Shown: piece by piece, positions 37,748 to 48,450 of the stretch
Layout of the letters: each line of letters begins with the position of its first letter
How positions within the stretch are numbered: position 1 is the first letter of the stretch
Assembly: GCA_903832025.1 (NCBI GenBank)
Contig: CAIKZY010000058.1
Span: forward strand, 3,527-67,526
Reading direction: 5' to 3'
Length of the DNA: 64,000 bases
Source: an uncultured Actinomycetes bacterium
GTDB taxonomy: Bacteria; Actinomycetota; Actinomycetes; S36-B12
Program-made: the position numbers and the translations under genes
Notes under the pieces: generated by a model
Told to the model about the DNA's origin: nothing
The model's input: the letters and a program-made list of their open reading frames with translations, nothing else
Databases searched by the model: none

Positions 37748-39544
37748 ATGGCCCCGGTGTGCTTTACAGTCGTGGCCGTGAAGGAAACCGTCCACGCGTC
37801 ATGGCCGCCTCGGTGGATCTTGTGGCTGGCTGCTGTTCTGATCATCACGTGCACTGTCATGATGTTTGTGGGGGCCTGGGCCGTCGGCAGCACCTGGGAT
37901 GAGCACAGCCAGACCGTGTTCTTGCAGACCTACTTCAATAGCGGCTGGTTCGTTGCTCCCGGAGCAGTGGTACACGGTGTCGCCGACCCTCACTACATGT
38001 TCGGAATCTATGTGTACGGGCCGGTCGCCGATTTGATTGCCCACGGGTTCACTGCCCTCATCGGCCTGGAACCGTGGAAGTCGCAGTCAACCAGTGCAGC
38101 TGCGTACGGCGCTCGACACACGGCCATAGCCGGGATTGCACTTGCTGGAGTGGCCGCATCAGCCGTGACGGTCAAAGTCATCACCAGGTCATGGCGTTGG
38201 GCACTACTGGCCGCAGCCGTGCTCGCCGTGACTCCACTGTGGCTGGGGCATGGCATGTTCAACAACAAGGACATCCCGTGCGCCACCGGATACACCATCG
38301 CCACGCTCGGAATTGTGGCTCTGTGCAGACTCGACTACTTCGCACACCGTGCAGTGCGCATCACGTGTCTGGTCGCACTGGTCGCCGGGGCTGTCCTTGC
38401 CTCGGGCACCCGGCCGGTACTCGGGTTGCCGATCGCATTCAGTGGCGTGGTGTGCATGGTGTATCTCGCCGTCGTTCGAACGCGCGTCGCGGATCCTTCG
38501 GCGATGATTCGTTGGCGCCTGTGGCGACGATCCGCCGAGGGATTGGGAGCCCTCGTGGTCGCGTACCTGGCGCTGATCGCCATCTACCCCAAGGCGTACC
38601 TCAATCCGATACAACTCGGGGTCAACGCGATTATCGAATCTGGGCAATTCCCCATGAATGAAGCGCAGCTCACAGCCGGTACCTGGATGGTGCAACCCGT
38701 CTCCCCCACGTACCTCCCCCTGTGGTTCGCGGCTCAGCTGCCACTCCTGGTGTCCATCGCCGCGATTCTGGGCGTGTGCGGATGGCTATGGATCTCGACT
38801 CGCGGCCTCCTACGTGGCTTTGGCACGGTTCAATCCGCCGAGTCCAGTGCGATGCAACTGGCTGTGGTCCTCCAATTGCTCCTGCTGCCAATGGCGGCGA
38901 TCGCCGGTCATTCGGTGATGTACAACGCCGAGCGCCAGATGCTCTTTGTGGTCTCGGCTGCTGCCATCCTGGCCACCATTTGTCTGTATGAAGTCGCCAA
39001 TCGACTCCAGCATCGGCCATCGGGATCAAGCCGACGCTGGTCGATGCTCCTGTGGGCGACCGTCGTCCTCGGCCTGCTCGGCCCAGTTATCGGCCAGATT
39101 CGCCTCTTTCCCTATAACTACGTGTACTTCAACATCGCGGCCACCGCGTGGCCCATTGATGGCAATTGGTCCACGGACTACTGGCGTGCCAGCGGGCCTG
39201 AATTGCTGGCACACACCCCACGTGGTGGTCCAGACAGTTGTGGGTACGACCAACTCCAGCACGGAGGTTTTCCTCCATGCACCACCCAGTCGATGTTCTC
39301 CCCATACCTGTCGCTTCGCGGCACTGCCACCACACCGCACACGCTCCTGCCGACGCAGTACTGGTTCATTCGGGAAAACAACGGTGACCTCGTGCTCCCC
39401 CGGGGGTGCACTCCGTACGACACGATCACCCGACATCTGTTCTTCCGAACGATCACGATCGGTCAGATTGCTATCTGCGACAAGCGCCTTGCCGTGCCCG
39501 TGCGCAATGTCGTTGATCCGAGCAAGCCCCTACCACCCGGATGA
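37748..39544 (+). CDS. GT-C glycosyltransferase-like membrane protein (PMT/ArnT-like)
   Basis: 598 aa with about 11-13 helices. The first-loop acidic motif GSTWDEHSQTVFLQTYF resembles the DE motif of GT39/GT83 enzymes. About 120-aa C-terminal soluble region. Confidence 0.65.
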   Translation: MAPVCFTVVAVKETVHASWPPRWILWLAAVLIITCTVMMFVGAWAVGSTWDEHSQTVFLQTYFNSGWFVAPGAVVHGVADPHYMFGIYVYGPVADLIAHGFTALIGLEPWKSQSTSAAAYGARHTAIAGIALAGVAASAVTVKVITRSWRWALLAAAVLAVTPLWLGHGMFNNKDIPCATGYTIATLGIVALCRLDYFAHRAVRITCLVALVAGAVLASGTRPVLGLPIAFSGVVCMVYLAVVRTRVADPSAMIRWRLWRRSAEGLGALVVAYLALIAIYPKAYLNPIQLGVNAIIESGQFPMNEAQLTAGTWMVQPVSPTYLPLWFAAQLPLLVSIAAILGVCGWLWISTRGLLRGFGTVQSAESSAMQLAVVLQLLLLPMAAIAGHSVMYNAERQMLFVVSAAAILATICLYEVANRLQHRPSGSSRRWSMLLWATVVLGLLGPVIGQIRLFPYNYVYFNIAATAWPIDGNWSTDYWRASGPELLAHTPRGGPDSCGYDQLQHGGFPPCTTQSMFSPYLSLRGTATTPHTLLPTQYWFIRENNGDLVLPRGCTPYDTITRHLFFRTITIGQIAICDKRLAVPVRNVVDPSKPLPPG

Positions 39545-39578
39545 CAGGTCCGTGCGAAGCGGCGGCTGCTTGGGTCGA

Positions 39579-41496
<1,918 letters not shown>

Positions 41497-41695
41497 ACGG
41501 GCTAGGACACTGATCGATCCGAACAGCGACGATCGTAGTTGCCTGGATACCGACTCACCTGCGTGCCACGGCCACGGTCAGAATCCAGCTGCTCAGGTGC
41601 GGCTTCAATCTCCTAGGCGAAGCAGCGGGATTCTGAGCGTCAGGGGACGGTCGCGGCGCATGCTGCCAGTGCTGAACGCGCTGGGAAGTCCACTC

Positions 41696-42571
41696 CTAGC
41701 TCTTGGTCGCCTCGATGACTCCAGCGGAGCACAAGAACATGCCGCGCCAGTCGTCACTTCCCTCGCAGGCAATGCCGGCGGTCCGGAAATCCGATCCGAT
41801 GGACGCAGCCAGCATCGGCGGGGCGACGTGGTAGTTGTACCAATGGAATCGCACATCAGTGAAACCCCGGCTGCGAACCAGTGACTCCAGTTCGAAGGGA
41901 TTATGGAACTTTGCCAGGATCTCGTCGTACCCAGGTGCCTGCTGGGTGCCGGTTCGCTTCGGCGGCAGATCCATGGCCAGTCGCGGCCGCAGCTCGGCCT
42001 CCACGACGGTCCTGATTGACTCCGGCTGGCCGGCCAAGAGCTCACCCGTAATGAACTCCATCGTCAGTCGGTTGAATGAGTACAGGGACAGCATCGAGTT
42101 CCGGAATTGGAGGAACATCGTGCCGCCGCTGGGGATGAAGGCAGCCATGTTGTCGATGACCTGACCTTCATCTCGGACATGTGGCAATACGCCCAGGGCC
42201 ATCACCGCGTCGTATGGACCGGACGCGATCGCCTCCTGCAACGTTTCGCGATCCTGGATGTCTCCCCAGGTCAGGACACTTGGATCGAATCCCTTCGCCC
42301 GGAACTGCGCTCTGGCAACTTCCAGCATGCCCTCAGAGAAGTCACTGCCACCCACGCGAAGTCCGAGCTCGGCCATCGCGGCGATGGGGGAGCCGTCGCC
42401 GATGCCTAATTCATACACGCTGGTCAGGCCGAGTTCAGTGATGCGTTGCTTGATCTTCTTCAGCCTGAAGAAGTTCGCAGGATAGTCAGCTGACGTCAAG
42501 ATCTTGTCCGGATCGTACTGCTCGGAATATGTGGGGGCACTGGCGTTGTAGTGCTCAACGACTTCAGCCAT
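41696..42571 (-). CDS. Class I SAM-dependent methyltransferase
   Basis: Motif I, VYELGIGDGSPIAAMAELGLRVGGSDFSEGMLEVAR. ATG 42571 shares one base with the upstream TAA (TAATG). Confidence 0.8.
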   Translation of the reverse strand: MAEVVEHYNASAPTYSEQYDPDKILTSADYPANFFRLKKIKQRITELGLTSVYELGIGDGSPIAAMAELGLRVGGSDFSEGMLEVARAQFRAKGFDPSVLTWGDIQDRETLQEAIASGPYDAVMALGVLPHVRDEGQVIDNMAAFIPSGGTMFLQFRNSMLSLYSFNRLTMEFITGELLAGQPESIRTVVEAELRPRLAMDLPPKRTGTQQAPGYDEILAKFHNPFELESLVRSRGFTDVRFHWYNYHVAPPMLAASIGSDFRTAGIACEGSDDWRGMFLCSAGVIEATKS

Positions 42572-43902
42572 TAGCTTCTCTCTCCTGGGTGGTTACGTGT
42601 GCTCTGGTGCGCAGTGCGAATGAGCCCATGATCAATGAGTTCGTTCACCATTGGCGTCAAGGATTGCACGGTTGTGCCGAACAATTCGGCCATGTCCGTG
42701 ATCGCATGCTGGCCATCGGCGTACGCAAGGATGTTCGTTCGTAGCATCACATCCGCTGGCGTCGATTTCTCCATGAGCGTGTGATACAACCCCCGCCGTC
42801 CCAACTGGGGCTCCCCGAGCTGATTGCCGATGAGCACCATTTCCGACTCAAGAGTCTGGATGCATTCGCGAACAGCATCCAGGCCGCCTTGCAGGCCTGT
42901 CGGCGTGACGACATGCTCTAGGTCATCCAGGCTGGTGTGGTACTCGGGATAGTCCGCATAGCGCGAGCGCATGATCGAGACAAGCGGCAGGTCCACTCCC
43001 GGTGAACAGTATTGGCGCTCATCACTGCCACGCGCCAGGTATGAGTAATGGACCACGTTGTCCCTGCTGGCCAAGACGCGCTTGGCGATGCGGTCGATTC
43101 GACGATTCCCGTGACGAGAAGCCAGGTATGTGTACCTGCGATCATCGCCGATACAGGTGAGCTGGAACCCGGCAATCACGCGCTCACGAAGCTCTTCACG
43201 ATGATGTGCGATGTAGGTGACTGCACCGATTGTTTCGGGCACGAATGCAAAACGATAGGTGTAGTGCCGATGCTCAAGACGTTGCAGCCACTGAAACAGC
43301 CCCGTGGCGACCATTGGCCCGGACAGTTCATTGTTGGCCATCGACGGATGGCATATGTACGTGGAGATGAAGATTTCGTCCTGACTGTCTCCCGGGAGGA
43401 CGACATCTGCGTAGGTCAGACTTCCTGGAGCAAGGGTTGAGTCGATTCGTGCGTGATAGGTGCCGGGCTGCAGTTCGTCGCGGACACGCTGAGACAGGCA
43501 AAATCCCCAGCGTCGGTTGTAGTAACTGGTGACGTAGGGGATAGCCGTGGGCTGATCGGGAATCGAATGCAGATGGGACTGCAACTGGTCCAGCTCAAGG
43601 TGCTGATCCACCGGCTCGGAGTACCCGACCACGTGGAGATTGTTCAGTGCGAAGTCGGCGATGACTGAGCCATCCGGTGCCGTCAACGTGGCTGAGCGGA
43701 TACTCCACTCATCGGGGACGACCCAGTCCAGCACCGCCGTGCCTGAGGGAACCTCGTGGACGGTCAGTCCGGGGATTTCCTCTTGGAGCATGAGGCAGGT
43801 CCGGCGCACACCGTCCCCGGTGATACTTCGCGCAATGGGCCACAGTTGACGCGCGAGGGCATGCATCGCACGGCCCTCGGCGAGATCGTCGGCTGCAGCC
43901 AT
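42571..43902 (-). CDS. Aminopeptidase-like domain protein with C-terminal winged-helix (COG4310 / DUF4910-type)
   Basis: N-terminus LARQLWPIARSITGDGVRRTC...VHEVPSGTAVLDWVVPDEW. Central M28-like region (ICHPSMANNELSG). C-terminal ITDMAELFGTTVQSLTPMVNELIDHGLI. Recognised from memory of this family only. Confidence 0.55.
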   Translation of the reverse strand: MAAADDLAEGRAMHALARQLWPIARSITGDGVRRTCLMLQEEIPGLTVHEVPSGTAVLDWVVPDEWSIRSATLTAPDGSVIADFALNNLHVVGYSEPVDQHLELDQLQSHLHSIPDQPTAIPYVTSYYNRRWGFCLSQRVRDELQPGTYHARIDSTLAPGSLTYADVVLPGDSQDEIFISTYICHPSMANNELSGPMVATGLFQWLQRLEHRHYTYRFAFVPETIGAVTYIAHHREELRERVIAGFQLTCIGDDRRYTYLASRHGNRRIDRIAKRVLASRDNVVHYSYLARGSDERQYCSPGVDLPLVSIMRSRYADYPEYHTSLDDLEHVVTPTGLQGGLDAVRECIQTLESEMVLIGNQLGEPQLGRRGLYHTLMEKSTPADVMLRTNILAYADGQHAITDMAELFGTTVQSLTPMVNELIDHGLIRTAHQSTRNHPGERS

Positions 43903-43979
43903 TGCACGAGGATACCGTCACCTCTTCGGCATGCATTGGCAATTGGATGCCGGCTGGGCCCAAGACACGCGACTCATCG

Positions 43980-44852
43980 TCATGGCCGATGCATCGATGC
44001 CTGGATGATGGGCGCTGGGCTCAATGTCCAGCAGTCACCTGCCCCGATATTTCCCTGGGCTGACAGTTGCATCAAGGCCTCGTTGAGTTTCCAGTCGATG
44101 GGGATCACTGGAGACAGCGGAATCTGCGACAGCACTCGGACAAGGTCGGGCAGGAAGGTTCCCCGATATAGCACCGCGCACACAGTGTTCGTGATCGGTC
44201 GATCGGACTCCATGATGCGAGTCTGGTCCTGATTCATGGGCAGCCCCCCAATATCCCGCAGGTGTCCGTTCAGCCCAAGCTCGGATTCGGAGAATGAGCG
44301 AGAGACATTGACGTAGAGCGGTTGTTGGTTCGGACCTTGGGAAGTACCGGTGATCAGCGCGTCGATGAGTTCTGCGGTGTGCTGCGCATCAGCGGTGGCA
44401 TCATCTTCCACAATCAATGCCCAGTCGCAGCCGGCTTGGCTGGCCTGTCGTAGCAAGGACAAATGTGCGCTCTCGATGTTCACGAGTCGGCGGACCATGC
44501 GAACGCCAGGATGCTGGTCGTTGATGGCTATGCCACGGGGCAGGAACTTGCGCTTTCGATAGACCTTCCGCGCCGCCATCAGGGCACTGCGTCGTGCTGG
44601 CGAAGGCCGGCCTGAGAGAAACGCACGCCAGCGTGCTTCAACGTCAAGCTCCGCTGTTACCGAGGCCTTGATCTGGTTCTCATCAATTCGCAGCAGTGTC
44701 GGTGACCACACGTTGGTGTCATGAATGGAAACGTTCACACGATGACCCCGCTGTTCCAAGGCCGCGGCCAGTTGGCGGCTGAGTCCGGTGTCTGCCGAGC
44801 TCTCGGGAAATCTCGTACCGGGATACGTGACCAGTCCAATCAGCAGATCCAA
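43980..44852 (-). CDS. Hypothetical protein, possible GT-A glycosyltransferase (GT25-like)
   Basis: NIESAHLSLLRQASQAGCDWALIVEDDA resembles the GT25 core. The TTG start at 44852 is uncertain. Confidence 0.35.
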   Translation of the reverse strand: MDLLIGLVTYPGTRFPESSADTGLSRQLAAALEQRGHRVNVSIHDTNVWSPTLLRIDENQIKASVTAELDVEARWRAFLSGRPSPARRSALMAARKVYRKRKFLPRGIAINDQHPGVRMVRRLVNIESAHLSLLRQASQAGCDWALIVEDDATADAQHTAELIDALITGTSQGPNQQPLYVNVSRSFSESELGLNGHLRDIGGLPMNQDQTRIMESDRPITNTVCAVLYRGTFLPDLVRVLSQIPLSPVIPIDWKLNEALMQLSAQGNIGAGDCWTLSPAPIIQASMHRP

Positions 44853-44907
44853 GGCGCGCTCACCATCACTTGACTGTTGGACTCACGTAGACCAGTAGAT
44901 TAGTCGC

Positions 44908-46827
44908 ATGAGCGAAGAACCCTTGACTACGGTTGAGGAATTCGCAGATCGTGGTGGTAAGGGAGTCCAGGACTTCACCTCCCAGGGAGCCTGGCCTTCG
45001 GTGAAGCGCTCGATGCGGCTGCTCCCACCCAGTCGCCGGCGGTTGTTTGTCCTGGCGACCGCAGCCCAGGTTTCACTCGGCCTCCTGGATCTGCTTGGCA
45101 TCGCGCTGGTGGGCCTCCTGGCCGCAACTGCGGTGTCCGCCAGCGGGCTCAGTGCAGTTCCCGCTGGTGAGAAGTCATTCCTTTCCGCGGTGGGTCTGGG
45201 CAATCTCACCGTCACGCAATTGTCGGTGCTCCTCGCAGCTTCTGCGGTGGCCATCCTGATCGCCAAGACTGTGCTGGCCGCCTTGGTCTCCAGACGTATC
45301 TTCCGCTTCCTCGCCAATCGGCAAGCAGAGGTAGCAGCCGGCCTCGCGCGACGCTTCCTGCGAATGCCGCTTCTGGAAGTGCAGCGCTGGACCACACCTG
45401 AGGCGATTTACGCGCTGGGGAGCGGGGTGGGCTATGCCACTGTCGGTGTCCTGGGTGCCAGCGTCACCATCGCCGCAGAGACGTTCCTGTTCCTCATCGT
45501 GGGCGTGTCGCTGCTGGTGGTGGATCCGCTGGTGACCGGCGCCGCGATCGTGCTGTTCGCCATTGTCATCTACCTGAGCAATCGAGTGCTGACGAAGTGG
45601 GGTGCGCGCAATTCGCAGGTCCTGACCGAGTCATCGATTTCCACGTTATCCGCTGTTTCGGAGGCTTTGGACACCTACCGAGAGACCACTGTCCTCAACC
45701 GCAGGGACTTGTACATCAATCGCTACGAGCGCTTGGTCGGACGATTCGCAACGGCCACTGCCAATCAGCAGTACATGATGGAGATACCCAAGTACCTGCT
45801 GGAGGCAACCCTCTACATCGGCATCTTGCTACTGGCTGTGGCCCAGTTCCTGACCAAGGACATCGCTGCTGCAGCAGCAACCGTCGCGATCTTCCTCGCT
45901 GCCGGTTCACGAGTGGTACCCGCACTCTTGCGGCTACAGGGAGCCGCCATCACCATTAGAAATAGCGCAGTGCAGGCAATGCCCACGTACTACCTCGCAG
46001 ATTTTCTCGAGCACCATCATGCTGATGTCCCCCAATTGCAGCATGTGCACGGAGCCGGGGTCACCGAGCGCATTCGTCAGGGACACGAGGGATTTCAGGC
46101 GACCTTGGTGGTCGAGCACGCCAAAGTGACCTACATCGATGCCAGTGAGCCGGCATTGCAGGATGTCTCGTTCTCGGTACTGGCCGGACAATCAGTGGCG
46201 CTGGTCGGAGCCACGGGAGCCGGGAAGTCAACGCTGGCCGATGTCATCTTGGGAGTCCTGGAATGCCAAGGGGGCTCGGTGCAGATCAGCGGACTGAGCC
46301 CACGTGCTGCCATCGATCGCTGGCCGGGCGCGATCTCCTACGTGCCACAAACCGTGGCCTTAGTAGCCGGCACCGTTCGGGACAACGTCGCATTAGGGCT
46401 TCCCCGAGAGGCAATCGATGATGACCTGGTGTGGGAAGCGCTGGAACGTGCCTACATCGCTGACTTCTTGCGTGAAAGCCGGGAAGGCCTTGACACCTTC
46501 ATCGGCGAGCGCGGAGTCCGACTCTCCGGCGGACAACGCCAGCGCCTGGGCATCGCACGAGCCCTCTACACCCGACCGCTGCTTGTCGTCCTGGACGAAG
46601 CCACTAGTGCTCTGGATGCGGAAACCGAGCAGTCCATCGTTCGCACGCTAGATGCCCTCGAGGGCAACGTCACGACGATCACCGTCGCACACCGCTTGGC
46701 AACCGTCCGACGCGCTGATCTGCTGCTGTACCTGGAAGGAGGCCAGATCGTGAGCAGAGGAAACTTCGAACAGGTGCGCTCATCAGTGGCCGACTTCGAC
46801 CGGCAGGCTTCCCTGCTCGGACTGTGA
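44908..46827 (+). CDS. Fused ABC exporter (6-TM permease + ATPase, MsbA/PglK-like type)
   Basis: N-terminal TM domain. Walker A GATGAGKST, signature LSGGQRQRLGIARAL, Walker B LLVVLDEATSALD, and H-loop TVAHRL. Confidence 0.9.
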   Translation: MSEEPLTTVEEFADRGGKGVQDFTSQGAWPSVKRSMRLLPPSRRRLFVLATAAQVSLGLLDLLGIALVGLLAATAVSASGLSAVPAGEKSFLSAVGLGNLTVTQLSVLLAASAVAILIAKTVLAALVSRRIFRFLANRQAEVAAGLARRFLRMPLLEVQRWTTPEAIYALGSGVGYATVGVLGASVTIAAETFLFLIVGVSLLVVDPLVTGAAIVLFAIVIYLSNRVLTKWGARNSQVLTESSISTLSAVSEALDTYRETTVLNRRDLYINRYERLVGRFATATANQQYMMEIPKYLLEATLYIGILLLAVAQFLTKDIAAAAATVAIFLAAGSRVVPALLRLQGAAITIRNSAVQAMPTYYLADFLEHHHADVPQLQHVHGAGVTERIRQGHEGFQATLVVEHAKVTYIDASEPALQDVSFSVLAGQSVALVGATGAGKSTLADVILGVLECQGGSVQISGLSPRAAIDRWPGAISYVPQTVALVAGTVRDNVALGLPREAIDDDLVWEALERAYIADFLRESREGLDTFIGERGVRLSGGQRQRLGIARALYTRPLLVVLDEATSALDAETEQSIVRTLDALEGNVTTITVAHRLATVRRADLLLYLEGGQIVSRGNFEQVRSSVADFDRQASLLGL

Positions 46828-46860
46828 CAGGCTGAGCACCGTGAGCCATTCGTCCGGAAG

Positions 46861-46866
46861 AAGGAG
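46861..46866 (+). promoter_or_regulatory. Ribosome-binding site (AAGGAG) for the PhyH-like gene
   Basis: AAGGAG, 5 nt (atgaa), then GTG at 46872. Confidence 0.65.
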
Positions 46867-46871
46867 ATGAA

Positions 46872-47897
46872 GTGGGCGAGAGTCGCTTCGCGGAACCGTT
46901 CCTGCGCCGTCGTCGGTTCACCAGGACACTTCACGCAGCCCGGAACTTTGATGAGCGATTCACCCCTGGTGCCTCCGCTGACGGCCAGGAGTTTTTTGAC
47001 ATGCGTTCAGCCATGGATCTGCGCCCCACTGCAGGCAAGGAGATGTCCCGAAAGGCGCTGATCCACTCCCGCGGAGGCGTTCCGACCGAGGATCTTGCGC
47101 GCACGAGCACATTCGTGGCCTTCGACGAGATCGATGCCTGCGTGACCGGACTTGAGCAGGATGGGGTGTACGTCTTTCGTCAACTGATGCCATCGACGAT
47201 GGTTCACCCCATGCTGGAAAGTGCGCTGACAGTACCCGCGGCTCCGCGCGGACGTGATGCCGTGGCGTCACCGTTTCCTCGTTCGTCACCGACAGTCGGT
47301 CGATATGACATCGATGAGAACGACACGATGGCCAGTCCGCAGATGCAGGACTTTTGCAGCGATCCGGCGCTGGCACTGATCGCCGCGCGGTACCTGGGTC
47401 AGCCGGTTATCCAGGACCAGACGGCACTGTGGTGGACGACGACGCAGGGCGCCGCAGACGCTTCAATGAATGCGTGGCTGTTTCATCAGGACCGTGATCG
47501 GCTGTCATTCGTGAAGTTCTTCTGCTACCTCACCGACGTCGGACCGGAGAACGGCCCGCACACCATGGTTCGCGGCACGCACAAGCGTGTTCCCCGTGCC
47601 ATGTCGCGAGACGGCCGAAAGACCGATGAGGCAGTGCGAGCTGCGGGCCTGTGGGACCAGGTCACCGAGCTGACCGGCCCGGCCGGGACTGTCCTGGCAG
47701 TGGACACCGTCGGCCTGCACAAGGGACAACCGCCGATCAGTGGAGACCGCTGTGTCTTGCAGGTCGAATTCGCCACTTCGCTGTTCGGAGCGCACGTGGA
47801 CTATCCACGGTTTGACCCGACTGACCTGTCCCGTGAGCGCTTTGCTCAGGAACCGCAATTGCTTCAGCGCTGGTATCGCTCGTTCACCGACGAGTAA
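46872..47897 (+). CDS. Fe(II)/2-oxoglutarate dioxygenase, PhyH-like
   Basis: HxD in WLFHQDRD, a distal His in VDTVGLHKGQP, and the GPENGPHTMVRGTHK segment typical of the PhyH fold. Confidence 0.65.
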   Translation: MGESRFAEPFLRRRRFTRTLHAARNFDERFTPGASADGQEFFDMRSAMDLRPTAGKEMSRKALIHSRGGVPTEDLARTSTFVAFDEIDACVTGLEQDGVYVFRQLMPSTMVHPMLESALTVPAAPRGRDAVASPFPRSSPTVGRYDIDENDTMASPQMQDFCSDPALALIAARYLGQPVIQDQTALWWTTTQGAADASMNAWLFHQDRDRLSFVKFFCYLTDVGPENGPHTMVRGTHKRVPRAMSRDGRKTDEAVRAAGLWDQVTELTGPAGTVLAVDTVGLHKGQPPISGDRCVLQVEFATSLFGAHVDYPRFDPTDLSRERFAQEPQLLQRWYRSFTDE

Positions 47898-48414
47898 GCC
47901 ACCAGGTTCTGACCTTGCGCCAGGCATCGCTGGCTTTCTGAGCATTCTGGCTCGCCTCAGCGATGGGCTGTCCGTGCAACATCAACACATCATCGTCTTG
48001 TCGTTGGACATGCGCGTACGAAAAGCCACGTCGCTGCATCATCAATCCGTAAGGGATGGCTGCGGTGGGCTGCACCTGCGGCGGTGTATCGATCGCCGCT
48101 CCGATCTGGTCTTCGGTGGTGATGCGACGTGCGCAGCCGAGTTCGTCGTACGCCGACGGGCCCATCACCACAACAGGCCGGCCGAAGAATGCAGCCTCGA
48201 CACCCGCGGTAGATCCATAGGTGAAGACCACATCGGCTCGGTCCATCAACGCGTAGGAGTCCACCGAGGAGAACGGATCCAGATGCAGATCCGGGGCTGC
48301 CGCGGCCACCGCGGCCATCCAGTCCTGAAGGTCACCGGCCGGCTTCAGGCGCATGTGGGGATGCGTTCTGACCACAAGTCGCACGCCGGGTCGATCACGA
48401 CACTGCTTGGCTAA
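47884..48414 (-). CDS. C-terminal part of an HP-motif GT-B protein (capsule-synthesis KpsS/KpsC-like); same frame as 48451..49395 beyond an in-frame TAG
   Basis: VRLVVRTHPHM (HP motif) and VVFTYGSTAGVEAAFFGRPVVVMG. The frame is open from 48450 downward (QYLQSQEAALSALAKQCRDRPG-VRLVV). GTG 48414 is the first possible independent start. Confidence 0.55.
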   Translation of the reverse strand, partial: LAKQCRDRPGVRLVVRTHPHMRLKPAGDLQDWMAAVAAAAPDLHLDPFSSVDSYALMDRADVVFTYGSTAGVEAAFFGRPVVVMGPSAYDELGCARRITTEDQIGAAIDTPPQVQPTAAIPYGLMMQRRGFSYAHVQRQDDDVLMLHGQPIAEASQNAQKASDAWRKVRTWWLTRR

Positions 48415-48450
48415 GGCGCTCAGTGCCGCTTCCTGCGACTGGAGATACTG

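Noticed and set aside
46867-47061. 64-aa ORF starting at the ATG that directly abuts the AAGGAG at 46861..46866.
   Set aside because: There is zero spacing between the RBS and the ATG. The in-frame GTG at 46872, with 5-nt spacing, opens the 341-aa PhyH-like ORF, which has a recognisable HxD...H triad.
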